Source of the DNA: Candidatus Bathyarchaeota archaeon
GTDB taxonomy: Archaea; Thermoproteota; Bathyarchaeia; Bathyarchaeales; DTEX01
Assembly (NCBI GenBank): GCA_963714275.1
Contig: CAVQNT010000006.1
Location: forward strand, 288,001-352,000
Direction of reading: 5' to 3'
Length of the DNA: 64,000 nt
Below, one piece after another: positions 22,328 through 32,857 of this stretch. The notes beneath the pieces are model-generated. The model saw only the letters and a list, made by a program, of their open reading frames with translations, was not told where the DNA came from and did no database searches. Numbering within the stretch: the first letter of the stretch is position 1; the number at the start of each line of letters is the position of its first letter. A program made the position numbers and the translations under genes.

Positions 22328-22852
22328 GTGGGAAGCATGGAAACATCAATCGAAAACGAAGACAAGATTACAAACAAAAATCTGGATGTAAGTACTTACT
22401 TACTTACTTACTTACATAAGGAAAAACCTAATGACCGTTACCATCTTACAACGAATATTTCTCGAAGTCTCTACCGCCAGTTTGACGTGACCTGTAGAAA
22501 GTTAGGCTTAACAAGTAAAGGAGCAATTAATTCCGCGCTGGAAGGTCTCATAGCCTATTTTGTGGAGCAGTACCGGGACAGGCCAACGGTTGTTCAGCAG
22601 ACTTTAACTAACATTTTCGTCAAAGCTGAACCAAACAGCGAAGTAATCATAGACCTTTCGCAGAAGCTGGAAGCAAAACTCGTAAGAAAAAATTTAGCGT
22701 TCTTTCTTGACAGACTGGAAAACAAGAAGGGTCAACCAGACATAATGATTCACGATTTCAGGAAAACCCTGTCTGAAGCAATCAACATTTACAAAAAAAC
22801 GTTCGACCCGGACCTTGAAAAGCTACTGAAACAGTCAGAAAAGTGGGTATGA
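22328..22852 (+). CDS. Hypothetical protein, possible ribbon-helix-helix DNA-binding domain
   Basis: HLTTNISRSLYRQFDVTCRKLG..INSALEGLIAYFV pattern. Confidence 0.5.
   Translation: MGSMETSIENEDKITNKNLDVSTYLLTYLHKEKPNDRYHLTTNISRSLYRQFDVTCRKLGLTSKGAINSALEGLIAYFVEQYRDRPTVVQQTLTNIFVKAEPNSEVIIDLSQKLEAKLVRKNLAFFLDRLENKKGQPDIMIHDFRKTLSEAINIYKKTFDPDLEKLLKQSEKWV
22386..22417. repeat. (TACT)5 tetranucleotide tandem repeat inside the inverted repeat ATGTAAGTA/TACTTACAT
   Basis: Read directly: atgtaagtacttacttacttacttacttacat. Confidence 0.85.
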
Positions 22853-22855
22853 TCT

Positions 22856-23047
22856 ATGAATAAAGCACACAAATCCTTAAAACCACGTTATAATGGGCAC
22901 ACAAATCAGGTTGAACGCTGCAGCAACCCCTGGAAGCCAGGTTGCGAATACACTGACATAGCTGTCGACATTGAACATAAGGGGAAGCGGCGTCCAGTCT
23001 GCCGAAAATGCTGGGAAAGAATCAGCAGGAGTCGACGCCAATGGTGA
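22856..23047 (+). CDS. Small Cys-rich (Zn-binding) protein
   Basis: CSNPWKPGC..VCRKCW. Confidence 0.55.
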   Translation: MNKAHKSLKPRYNGHTNQVERCSNPWKPGCEYTDIAVDIEHKGKRRPVCRKCWERISRSRRQW

Positions 23048-23659
23048 CTAGAGGGTTTTGTGCTGATATATCTACCCTTGGCGGTTTACGAATCCCGAGG
23101 GTACGGAAAGATACTTTTTCGTCATTGATTTTAGGGCTGAAAAATGGTGCTGAAAAGGGTCTAAAAAACTCGTCTAGAAGAGAGTTGAAAGGGCTTGGAA
23201 TGTGGTTCACGGAAAGGTATGTTAACATTACTGGTTTGTATCCAGAGTCGGTTTTTGTGGTGATTCAGTATTTTGTGGAGGCGAATGTTGTTGAAGAGGA
23301 AAAAAGACCAAATTGTTGAGATTAAGCGTATAGAAGTTGAAATTAAGGATATTCAAGGCTGTTTTCCAGCCCAGATTATAGCACGCGGAAGCAAGCTTTT
23401 ACGTCCGTTTGGATCCCTCTTTCATCAGATTCTACGAGTTGCAGCCGGGAGACGAGATCCTAGTCACAATCACGGAAGCAAAACGTGAAAAAAGAGAGGA
23501 AACAAAATGAGGATAAACATTGTCATCAACGGATGGCGTGACCTTGCTAAGATGATATTGCGGGTTGCTAGTGAGCTTATTCAAGTCCGTTCGAAGGCCA
23601 AAAATAGCATTCCACAACTCGGTAAAAGGGGTTCCGTTAGGCGTTGCCTAGCTAGCTAG
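23041..23659 (+). CDS. Run of small hypothetical ORFs (23041-23319, 23273-23488, 23507-23659)
   Basis: Overlapping short ORFs; the last ends RCLAS* inside CTAGCTAGCTAG. Confidence 0.35.
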
Positions 23660-23744
23660 AGAAGGCTTGGCTCCCTACATCTTCTCGAAGCTTTATATCC
23701 GACATGGCATAGTTAAGAACAGACAGTTTAGAAGGTAAAATTGG

Positions 23745-24186
23745 ATGTCAGAGGGAAATATTGAGAGTATTATACGTGATTTTCGTGAAGCGATTGAAAA
23801 AGGGAACGTGGAGAAGACGCTCTCCTTCCTTACAGAAGATGTTGTCTGGGTCGTACCTGAGGGTACATTCAGAGGAAAGGAAGAAGTGAAGCGTTTATTA
23901 AATTGGTGGGCTCAAGTCGGTAAGACACACTTCAAGGATACAGGGATTGGAATTATGGTGAAAGGGAATAAGGCTGTCTACGAGTACATCGCAGAGGCTG
24001 AATCAAGGGAAGGAGCAAAGTATGAGATGCCTGGAATATGCATCTACGAGTTTAAGAATGAAAAGATCCAGAGTCACAGGGTCCTTTATGATAGACTCTC
24101 AGCTGCCAAGCAGTCGGCTTAAAGGGACAGTAGCCAAAAGAGTGGTAAACACCGTTGTGAACAGATGGGAGAAGGGATTACACTAG
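23745..24186 (+). CDS. NTF2/SnoaL-like protein (frameshift near C-terminus)
   Basis: LSFLTEDVVWVVPEGTFRGKEEV..IYEFKNEKI. Confidence 0.8.
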
Positions 24187-24325
24187 AACATGTTAGTTTC
24201 ATTTTTTTGTCAAATCTTAGCTCAGCTAGTATTTTTTGCTAGTTAGAGCTCAGGGTGTTTTAAAATTTTTTCTTCTATTGCAAGTTCAATGTAACTCTTT
24301 AGATTGCTTAATTCCTACCTGGTAA

Positions 24326-24601
24326 TTATGAGGTTCTGTTTGTAAAAGGTTCTTTATTCTTTCTAGTGTTGCTTGGATTTGGTTTAGGGTTTTTTGGTGG
24401 CTTAGGAGGATGGACATGAACATGGCGTCGGACACTATTGGCCTTGTTGCTGCTCCGAGCTGCTGAAGCGTGGCACCTGCACTCGTTCATCATTTCTTCG
24501 AAGGCTTTCTTGTCGTCGCTTCGTAAAGCATTAAGGAATCCCTGCCATTTTTGGATCTCCCGCTCCAGAATCATCCTGTAAGAAGGAACAGTCTTTCCCA
24601 A
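24326..24601 (-). CDS. Small conserved archaeal protein of the type usually encoded beside PolB2 (arCOG07300-like), frameshifted
   Basis: GKTVPSYRMILEREIQKWQGFLNALRSDDKKAFEEMM signature, recognised from memory. Confidence 0.5.
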   Translation of the reverse strand: MGKTVPSYRMILEREIQKWQGFLNALRSDDKKAFEEMMNECRCHASAARSSNKANSVRRHVHVHPPKPPKNPKPNPSNTRKNKEPFTNRTS

Positions 24602-24937
24602 CAGCCATCCACCGCAAAAGCACATTCGCCCCAGCCCAGCATTTAAAGCATCAGTGAAGAAGAAGGGAGGGGGATCTCTTCATCTTGTGGTTTAGTTGAG
24701 GGTAGCTGATTGAGGTGTTTTTAGAGAATTATTTGTACATAGTCTGATCGTGATCTGTGAGCCTTTCTGCTTTCTTCATCTAACGTTTTTATGAGGTCTT
24801 TTGTGAGGGCTATGGTAATTAGCTCAGCTTAGCAATACTGAGTTTAGATAAATTAATAGCAGACAAAAACGTTGACAGATACGTGAACTAGTCGCGTTAG
24901 CACACTTATGTAATTTAGTAAGGAAGCGACCAGCTAA

Positions 24938-27334
24938 ATGAACGACCATGATCATACGTTGGATGTAGGCACTGACACTGTAAGTGGTCTCAATATGGAT
25001 GAGGCTAAGAAAAGATTAGCCGAGTATGGATATAACGAGGTGCCTGAAAAGAAGACTAACCCGATTCTGAAATTTGCAACTAAGTTTTGGGGTTTGACCT
25101 CTTGGATGCTTGAGTTCACGGTCATCATGGAGTGGGTTCTCGGAAAATATCTCGAAGCCTACGTGATAGTGGTCCTGCTTATCTTCAATGCCGTGGTGAG
25201 CTTCATACAGGAGGAGAAGGCAAGCAGCGCAGTCGACCTTCTCAGGCAGAAGCTTGCCGTCAAGACGCGGGTCAAGAGAGGCGGAGCATGGATCCTCCTA
25301 CCCGCTAGGGAACTGGTCCCCGGCGACATAGTGCGTCTCAGAGCTGGTGATCTAACCCCCGCCGATGTTCAGGTTGTCGAAGGTCATGTGGATGTAGATC
25401 AATCCGCTCTCACAGGAGAGTCGCTGACCATTGAGAAGAAGATTGGTGACGTCCCTCTACTCAGGTTCCACGGTAAGTAGTGGCGAGATCACTGGCGTCG
25501 TCACAGCTACGGGGTTGAAGACGTATTTTGGGCGGACGGCTGAGCTTGTGCAGATTGCGAGGCCGAAGATGCATATTGAGGAAACGATAGCGAAGGTCGT
25601 AAGATGGCTTCTAGTCATGGTCGTCGCCTCAGTCGCGGTTGGTATGGGTCTTGCTTTGTTTAGAGGGATTGACCTTGCTGAGATAGCGCCCCTAATCGTA
25701 ATTTTGCTGGTGTCCGCTATTCCTGTTGCTCTGCCCACGATGTTCACTATCAGTATGGCTCTTGGCTCATTGGAGCTGTCGAGGAAAGGGGCGATAGTGA
25801 CGCGGCTCGATGCTGTAGAGGATGCGGCGTCTATGGATGTTCTCTGCGCCGACAAGACAGGGACGATTACCATGAACCGGCTCACCCTGGCCGACGCCCT
25901 TCCAGTGGGGCAGCACACGAAGGAGGAGGTGGTGCTCTATGGAGCCTTGGCGTCCCAGGAAGCGAACCAGGACCCAATCGACCTCGCCTTCATCTCTAAA
26001 GCTAGGGAGATGCAACTGCCAGTAGCGAGCTATGGTCAGGTCAGCTTTACGCCGTTTGATCCTTCAACACGTAGAACGGAGGCTTCCGTCAAGTTCGAGA
26101 ATGAGCAGCTCTACGTTGTTAAAGGGGCTGTTAAAACAATCATAGAACTCTGCAGAGACTGTCACGATGAACTCGGCAAGATAGAGCAAGACATCGACGG
26201 GTTTGTGGCGAAAGGCTATAGGATCCTCGCTGTAGCCAAGGGAGTTTCCAGAGAAGAAGTGGAGCTCATCGGAATAGCCGCTCTCTATGATAAGCCTAGG
26301 GAGGACTCGCCTCACCTCATAAGCGAGCTGAAAAAGCTCGGTATCTCGGTCAAGATGCTGACTGGAGATGCTCTCCCTATCGCAAAGGAGGTTGCTAGCC
26401 AAGCTGGGCTCGGAGATAAAATTAGCCGTATAACCGACCTGAAGAACAACCTTGACAATGAGAACACCTTAAAGACCATGGAGGAGAGCGACGGTTTTGC
26501 CGAGATCTATCCTGAGGACAAGTACCTGATAGTGAAGAGCTTGCAAGCTGGCGGTCACGTTGTTGGAATGACTGGGGATGGCGTTAACGATGCGCCAGCC
26601 CTTAAGCAGGCAGAGGTTGGCATAGCAGTTAGCAACGCTACAGATATCGCGAAGAAGTCTTCAAGCGTCGTCCTATCCCTCGAGGGCTTCGAAGGGATTT
26701 TCGCATGGTCGTAATCGGGAGGATGGTCTACCAGAGGATATCCTCTTGGACGATCAACAAGATCATAAGAACCTTCAAGCGGGTCGTCTTCATCGTCCTC
26801 GCCTTCATACTCACCGGCAGGTTCGTCGTCTCAACCTTCAACATGATTCTGCTGCTCTTCCTAAGCGACTATGTAACCCTCTCAATCTCAACAGACAAGG
26901 TCAGATACTCTGAGAAGCCCGAGAAAGAGAACACCATTGGCCTCGTCAAATTAGGCGTGTCATATGGGTCATTGATAGTCGTAGAATCCTTGCTAATCCT
27001 GTACATTGGGATGGGATATTTCGGTCTGGATTCTAATATCGAGAAGCTGCGGACCTTCATCTTCGTCTGGCTGACGCTGTCGGGATACTACACCGTTCTA
27101 TCAATACGGGAGAGGAAGCACTTCTGGGATTCGAAGCCAAGTCTATGGCTTACTTTAGCACTTGTCATCAACACAGTGATAGTATATATAATCTCTACGA
27201 TAGGTTTACCCGGGTTGGCTTCAATAACCGTCTTAGAGTTCGTCTTTCTGCTGGCTTACGGGTTCGTGTCTTGCCTTCTGATAAACGACTTGGTTAAGGT
27301 GCCCCTTACGAAGATATTCGATGTAGCGCTTTAA
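24938..27334 (+). CDS. Plasma-membrane-type proton-efflux P-type ATPase (P3A), two frameshifts
   Basis: YGYNE, LTGES, IPVALP, DKTGT, MLTGD, GDGVNDAPALK. Confidence 0.9.
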
Positions 27335-27351
27335 TATTGCTAGCTCACTAA

Positions 27352-27681
27352 TTATGGACGATTTGGAAAATAATAAGGTAATGTATCATATGATGAAGGT
27401 TCTGTTCCTTTATCCCTAACCCTTCGCTCTTCTCTATATTTACGTTTGGTAACTCTGATGACCTCTCCTTCTTCAATTACCCTGTAAGCCTCTGATAAGC
27501 CTCTTTGATGCAGAAACCTTTTTACAAATGCTTTTACACTCTTTGTCAACAATCTTTCTTCTCCTGCACCTAAAACTAAAGATTCACCCTTAACAGCAAT
27601 TGAAACTCGAATTCTTGACTCAAGAAAGTCAGAAAGATAATCCCGTTCTTCTTTTATTTCACTCACGTCAATCGTTATCAA
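27352..27681 (-). CDS. Ribosomal protein eL22 (L22e)-like protein
   Basis: ITIDVSE..LSDFLESRI..VKAFVKRFLHQRGLSEAYRV parallels the eL22 consensus TIDC..F.KFL.ERIK..KYL.KKYL....L...LRV. Confidence 0.55.
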   Translation of the reverse strand: MITIDVSEIKEERDYLSDFLESRIRVSIAVKGESLVLGAGEERLLTKSVKAFVKRFLHQRGLSEAYRVIEEGEVIRVTKRKYREERRVRDKGTEPSSYDTLPYYFPNRP

Positions 27682-27966
27682 TGCTAATCTATTCCATAAT
27701 AATTGAAATCTAAATATGTTAATATTTGCCTTTTGAAAAAACCGTAAAGCGGCAAGAAAAAAATCATTTCAATTAGAAATGGATATCAACAAAAGATAGA
27801 CAATCTCTGTGCTGAAAAAAAGGAAATTATGTTTAAGAATTGCCTAGGAAGATCACTTAAAGGCAAAAAGGATAACTAATATATGTTCTAGCGTCTTTTA
27901 AAAAAATGAAACAAAACGTCAATGTATTAGTCTTCGTAAAATGATAATGAAGGAAAAGAAAGGAAC

Positions 27967-29398
27967 GTGCAATCTTTTTCTTATACGATTGAGACTGAAA
28001 TTCCGTCTAACTATCGAAGTAAATTACTTGATTTCATTTATCAAAAATACATCCTTCCTCAAGAAAAACGATTTACAAACATTTTAAGAACACAAGTAGA
28101 TGGTTATCCTTCACTTTCTTTCACTACACTAGACCCGAACGGCAGGCAGGACCTTAAAGTTAAGATCAAAACAAGCGAGCCAATAAACGTGGAAATTGTC
28201 TTACTTGAAGAAACAGTGTCAGAGAAGCGTATCAGCCAAATGAAAGAAGACATAATCATCAGCATCGAACTGTTTGAAGAACAGATTAGGAAGAGCACGA
28301 TTTACTTTGCGTGGAGAGAAGGCGAGGAGATAGTCCCAGAGCGGATCCATGGAAAAGAAAGTAAACTAACTAACAGGATGTTTCTTGAAACGCAAATTCT
28401 TTTCTTTATGGTATTTATTGCCCTTAGCATGGTTTTATTTGTCATTTTGAATTGGCTAACACCTATTGTTTTGATGGCAATACAGTTTGTTTTTGTCTTC
28501 TACTCTAACAGGATTATTGCAAAATCGGGAGATTGGCGAATAACCGAAAAAAATTCTAAAATACACCTGCTTGAATATCACACGCCATTAGAAGATCATA
28601 ACGAGTTTAAGCGGTTATATTCCGGTAACAAATTGGTGGAGCTGAAGAGGGAGGTATATGAACAAACAATAGCTGAAGAAAGGAAGGATTGACTGCACAT
28701 CTGTTCATGAAATATTCACAAAATTTGGGTTGAAATGTGAACCAGAAGATTTTTCCACGAAAACCATAAACGTGTATCAATTAGTGAAAAGCACTGCAGA
28801 CAAGTTCGGCTTCCCAATGCCTGATGTCGTCGTATCCAACACTATGCTCCCAAATGCTGCAGCCTCTGGACCTAGCCCCAGTTGCGGCGTAGTTCTTATT
28901 ACAACAGGCCTTCTTGTTCAACTTGAGGAAGACGAAATACTCACCGTTTTAGGCCACGAATTCGGTCATTTAAAAGGTCATGACCCTTTACTTCTTTACG
29001 GTCTGACTGCGGGTGAATTCCTTCTCCGATTCTACGTGTTCTTTTTCCTCTTTCCTTACATTTTCAGCTCTTATCTTTTCTTCTTTTACTTCTGGGGCGT
29101 TATGACAGTCATATACTTTATAGCAAAGTTTTTCGAGGCTAGAGCTGACCTCACTTCCGCCATGGTTATAGGTCAACCTCAGGTCTTAGCCAACGCGCTA
29201 ACGAAAATAGGCTTTAGAAGACTTATAGTTGAACAGTTGCCTTCTTATCGCGTCCAAGAATGGATAAGCATGGACCCTCACCCACCCATCTACTTCAGAG
29301 TCAATAGACTGGAGAAACTTAAGGTTCCTGTAGAAGTGAAACATCCTTTAATTCAATCCGCCAAAGAAGTAATAAACGGATTCCTTACAAGCATTTAA
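27967..29398 (+). CDS. HtpX-like M48 zinc metalloprotease with N-terminal extension, frameshifted
   Basis: PNAAASG, GHEFGH, EARAD, HPPIYFR. Confidence 0.85.
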
Positions 29399-29612
29399 TC
29401 TTAACTCTGACATATACTCGCATATTGGGGAAATCTCACTTTTTATGCAGCACTGTCATTTTCTCATCATCTTCGGGTGTGCATGGGAAGCAGGCGGCAA
29501 ATTGTTTTGTAGATCGATAAGTGAGAGCTCCTCCAGGGAGTGCAAATTATTTAATATCCTTTATTCACATCTATTTTGTTGAGAGATTGCTCTTCTAATG
29601 TGGGTGAAATAG

Positions 29613-30590
29613 TCAGCTAGCTAGCTTGATGGTTACAGAGTGTCCTCCGAACTGTTCTCTCAGTGCGGAAAGTATTTTTCCAGTGTACGAAGGGTTGTCT
29701 TGGGATTCGATTCTGAAATTTACTGCTTCCTCAATAATTTTCGTCTTTAGACCCATTTCACGCGCTGTTTTTACAGTCCATTCTCCCTCGCCAGTGTGGG
29801 CTACCGTGCCAGAGACATCCTTTAAGTCTGCGCCATGGACTTCGAACGCCTTTCCCAGCCACTCCATGAGCCTCGACTCGATCACGCTGCCGTGGTTATA
29901 CACTTCCGCCACATCCTCAAGGTTAAGCGAGTAATCCGCATTCCTCAACACAGCAAAGCCTTCAGCTATTGCCTGCATTATTCCGTATTCTATGCCGTTG
30001 TGGACCATTTTCACGAAATGACCCGCACCTGAGCCTTCGAAGAACTGGACTCCCTGAAAAACAGCAACATCAAGATACAGTGGCAGCAGTCTTTCATAGG
30101 CTTCTGTTGTTCCTCCAACCATTAGGCAAGCTCCGCTTCTTGCGCCTTTAGGTCCGCCCGAAATGCCTATGTCCACAAACATTATACCTTTTTCCTTTAG
30201 CCTTCTTGCCCGTTTGACTGAATCCTTGTAGAAGGAGTTTCCACCATCGATGACGGTGTCTCCCTTTTCAAGATGGTTCACTAAGCCTTCCTTCCCAAAC
30301 AACACCTCATCAACAGCGTCTCCAGCCTTAACCATCAACCAAACCACTCGGGGCGTCTCAAGCAACCTCGCCATTTCTTTCAGCGTAACAGCTCCGACTA
30401 TGCCCCTTTCCATCAGACCTCTGGTAACCTCGATTGTTCTGTTGAACCCCACGACCTTCCATCCCTTGTCCACAAGGTTGAACGCAAGGTTCGAACCCAT
30501 CTTCCCTAATCCAACGATACCGAGTTCTTTTTTAAGCCCAGTTGACTCCCGCAGGTTTCTCTCTACGACCTTGGACTCGGATAAAACCAA
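29613..30590 (-). CDS. gnd: 6-phosphogluconate dehydrogenase (short decarboxylating type); apparently the C-terminal part of a Zwf-Gnd fusion
   Basis: GLGKMG, IDGGNS, GHFVKMVHNGIEYG, ALREQFGGH. Confidence 0.9.
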   Translation of the reverse strand: MVLSESKVVERNLRESTGLKKELGIVGLGKMGSNLAFNLVDKGWKVVGFNRTIEVTRGLMERGIVGAVTLKEMARLLETPRVVWLMVKAGDAVDEVLFGKEGLVNHLEKGDTVIDGGNSFYKDSVKRARRLKEKGIMFVDIGISGGPKGARSGACLMVGGTTEAYERLLPLYLDVAVFQGVQFFEGSGAGHFVKMVHNGIEYGIMQAIAEGFAVLRNADYSLNLEDVAEVYNHGSVIESRLMEWLGKAFEVHGADLKDVSGTVAHTGEGEWTVKTAREMGLKTKIIEEAVNFRIESQDNPSYTGKILSALREQFGGHSVTIKLAS

Positions 30591-32044
30591 GTCCTTTCCA
30601 GGTTCATATTGTACTAGAGGAACTAGCCCTTTTTTCCAGGCTTTCAGAATCGGATCAACGAATCTCCAAGCAGCTTCAACCTCCTCTATGCTTACGAAGA
30701 AGGTTTGGTCGCCACTACGCAGTCAAAAAGGAGCTTCTCGTATTCCTCAACGTACTGGGTTTTCCTCGATTCGTCCTTAAAGACACATCTAAACTTTTTT
30801 TCTCCAACTTCTGTTATGAATCCGGGTTCCTTCAACTGAAGATACATCTCGACCGACTCTTTCGGTTCAACAGAAAAAACTATGCGACTACCTAAGTGCC
30901 CTCTTAGTTCCTTCGGGCAAAGGCAATGACTAGGATGCTTCAGGTACACAACAACCTCCTTCTTTCGTGTCCCCAGCCTCTTTCCGCTTTCAAACAAAAT
31001 CGGGACGCCTTGCCACCTCGGAGAATCGAGAAAAGCCACGGTCTTGAAATAGGTTTCAGTGCTTGAGTTAGGTTGGACTCCTTCGACGTCCTTGTATCCG
31101 CTGTATTGCGCTCTGAAGGTAAGCTGGCAGATTTCCTTGTCCGTTGGTGTTCTCAGCCTTTGCAGAATCTTCGCACGGTTTGTTCTTACGGTTTCAGGTT
31201 CGAACCTGACTGGGTTGTCCATTGTTGTTAAAGCCAGCATCTGCAGGAGATGGTTTTGTCCCACGTCCCTTAGGGCTCCGACTGAATCGTAGAATTTGCC
31301 TCTTCCCTCAACTCCTATGTCTTCCAGCAGCCTAACCTCAATGTGGTCGACGAACTTATTGTTCCAAAAGCCCTCGAAAAAGCTGTTGGCAAACCTGAAA
31401 AACAGAATGTTCTGAACCATCTCTTTCCCGAGATAGTGGTCAACAATGTAGAGTTGTTCCCGCTTGAATAAACTGCATAGAATCCCGCAAAGTTTTCTTG
31501 CGGATTTTAGGTCGCTGCCAAAGGGTTTTTCGATTATGACTCTTGTCCAGCCTTCCTTTAGTCCGCAAGGTTTCGTTAACCCAGACTTGGCGAGGTTCCT
31601 GAACGTCGGTTCATAAAGGTTTGGCGGAACGCCCAGATAGAAGAGCTTGTTGGAGCAAGTTTTCCATTCATCGTCCACTTTTCCAAGCCTAGACGCTAGG
31701 GTTTTGTAGCCCCCAAGTTTCGTTACGAACCCCTTGTGATAGAAAAAGAGTTCAGAAAATGGCTTCGTCCGCGAGGAGGCTGTCTCTATAATATCTTTGT
31801 GCTCTTTGAGGACTTGCATCACGAAATTTCTGTAGTCAACATCGGAAAGCTCTTTTCGGGCAACGCCAATGACCCTGAAAAACGCAGGCAGTTTGTTCTT
31901 CTCAAAAAGGTGAAAAAGGGCAGGTAGAACCTTTTTTGCCATGAGGTCTCCGGTTCCGCCCAAAATGACTAAGACGGTCGGAAGGTTTTTTGATTTATAA
32001 TCTTGTTTTTTAGTTCCAAGTTTAGAAGTCTGCATTCCAGACAA
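30591..32044 (-). CDS. zwf: Bacterial-type glucose-6-phosphate 1-dehydrogenase (one frameshift near 30715)
   Basis: GGTGDL, EKPFG, DHYLGKE, RDVGQNHLLQ, TETY; C-terminal GDQTFFVSIEEVEAAWRFVDPIL lies in the gnd frame. Confidence 0.9.
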
Positions 32045-32250
32045 TGCCTCCTTAATACTCTTTTTTTAACGTTATTCTATGTTAATTTTTTCCTTAATTC
32101 ATTATCCATAACAATTTTTGCTTCTTTGCCCAAGCCTTCATTCTTCGATTAAGCGTCTATAACACTTTCTCGATTCAATCAAGGATGAACATTTGAATCC
32201 AAGTCATCAGGGTCGACGAGTGTTTTCGAGCCCGTGCAGTTCACCAGTTC

Positions 32251-32443
32251 GCTAGCTAGCTGTTATGAACTTCTATAAGGGTCTTAAGGGTATCCCTTAA
32301 GGGGTCTCCAAAAAACCGTCATAAATTTTTTTACCTTCGTTATACTTTTCATATATCGAGATTTCTAGACCCTTCACATTCTATAGATTTAGACCCATAT
32401 AGCCAAAAGCTTTATGAACGGGTCTAAAACCCTTGCTAGCTAG
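32251..32443. repeat. Structured non-coding element bounded by GCTAGCTAG copies, with GGGTCT/AGACCC repeats and a palindrome
   Basis: GCTAGCTAGC 32251, GCTAGCTAG 32435, TAAGGG-TAT-CCCTTA, TTATGAAC twice, five GGGTCT/AGACCC copies. Confidence 0.6.
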
Positions 32444-32477
32444 ATAATTCTTAGTAAAATCCATCGTAAGAGTACAA

Positions 32478-32753
32478 TCAATCGCGAGACCCTGACATTA
32501 ATCCAAGTTTATGTTCTCTCTCATGTAGCGTTGGCTGTTGGGTCCCTTGCTTTATTTCTGGCATTTTCTCTGGCCAGCCTATAGCCTTCAGCTCCATCAA
32601 CATTTTATCTGCTTCGGTGAAATTTTTTCTGGCAGCCTTTAGGGAGGCGTAGACTGTTGGCGGATCTATTTCGAGTTCTCGGGCGATGCGATAGGCTGAA
32701 TATCCTTTTAAATGAAGCTTAAGAATTGATAGCATCTGATTTGTGAGTCGCAC
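32478..32753 (-). CDS. Helix-turn-helix protein divergent from the portal operon
   Basis: KGYSAYRIARELEIDPPTVYASL. Confidence 0.7.
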   Translation of the reverse strand: MRLTNQMLSILKLHLKGYSAYRIARELEIDPPTVYASLKAARKNFTEADKMLMELKAIGWPEKMPEIKQGTQQPTLHEREHKLGLMSGSRD

Positions 32754-32857
32754 ATTACGTCTATTGTCACTATTGTTTTTATGGCTTATTATTAGTTCAT
32801 TTCAATAAAAGGAACTCCTAACAACCTTCTTTTACCGTTTCAACATTATTTTTTAGA

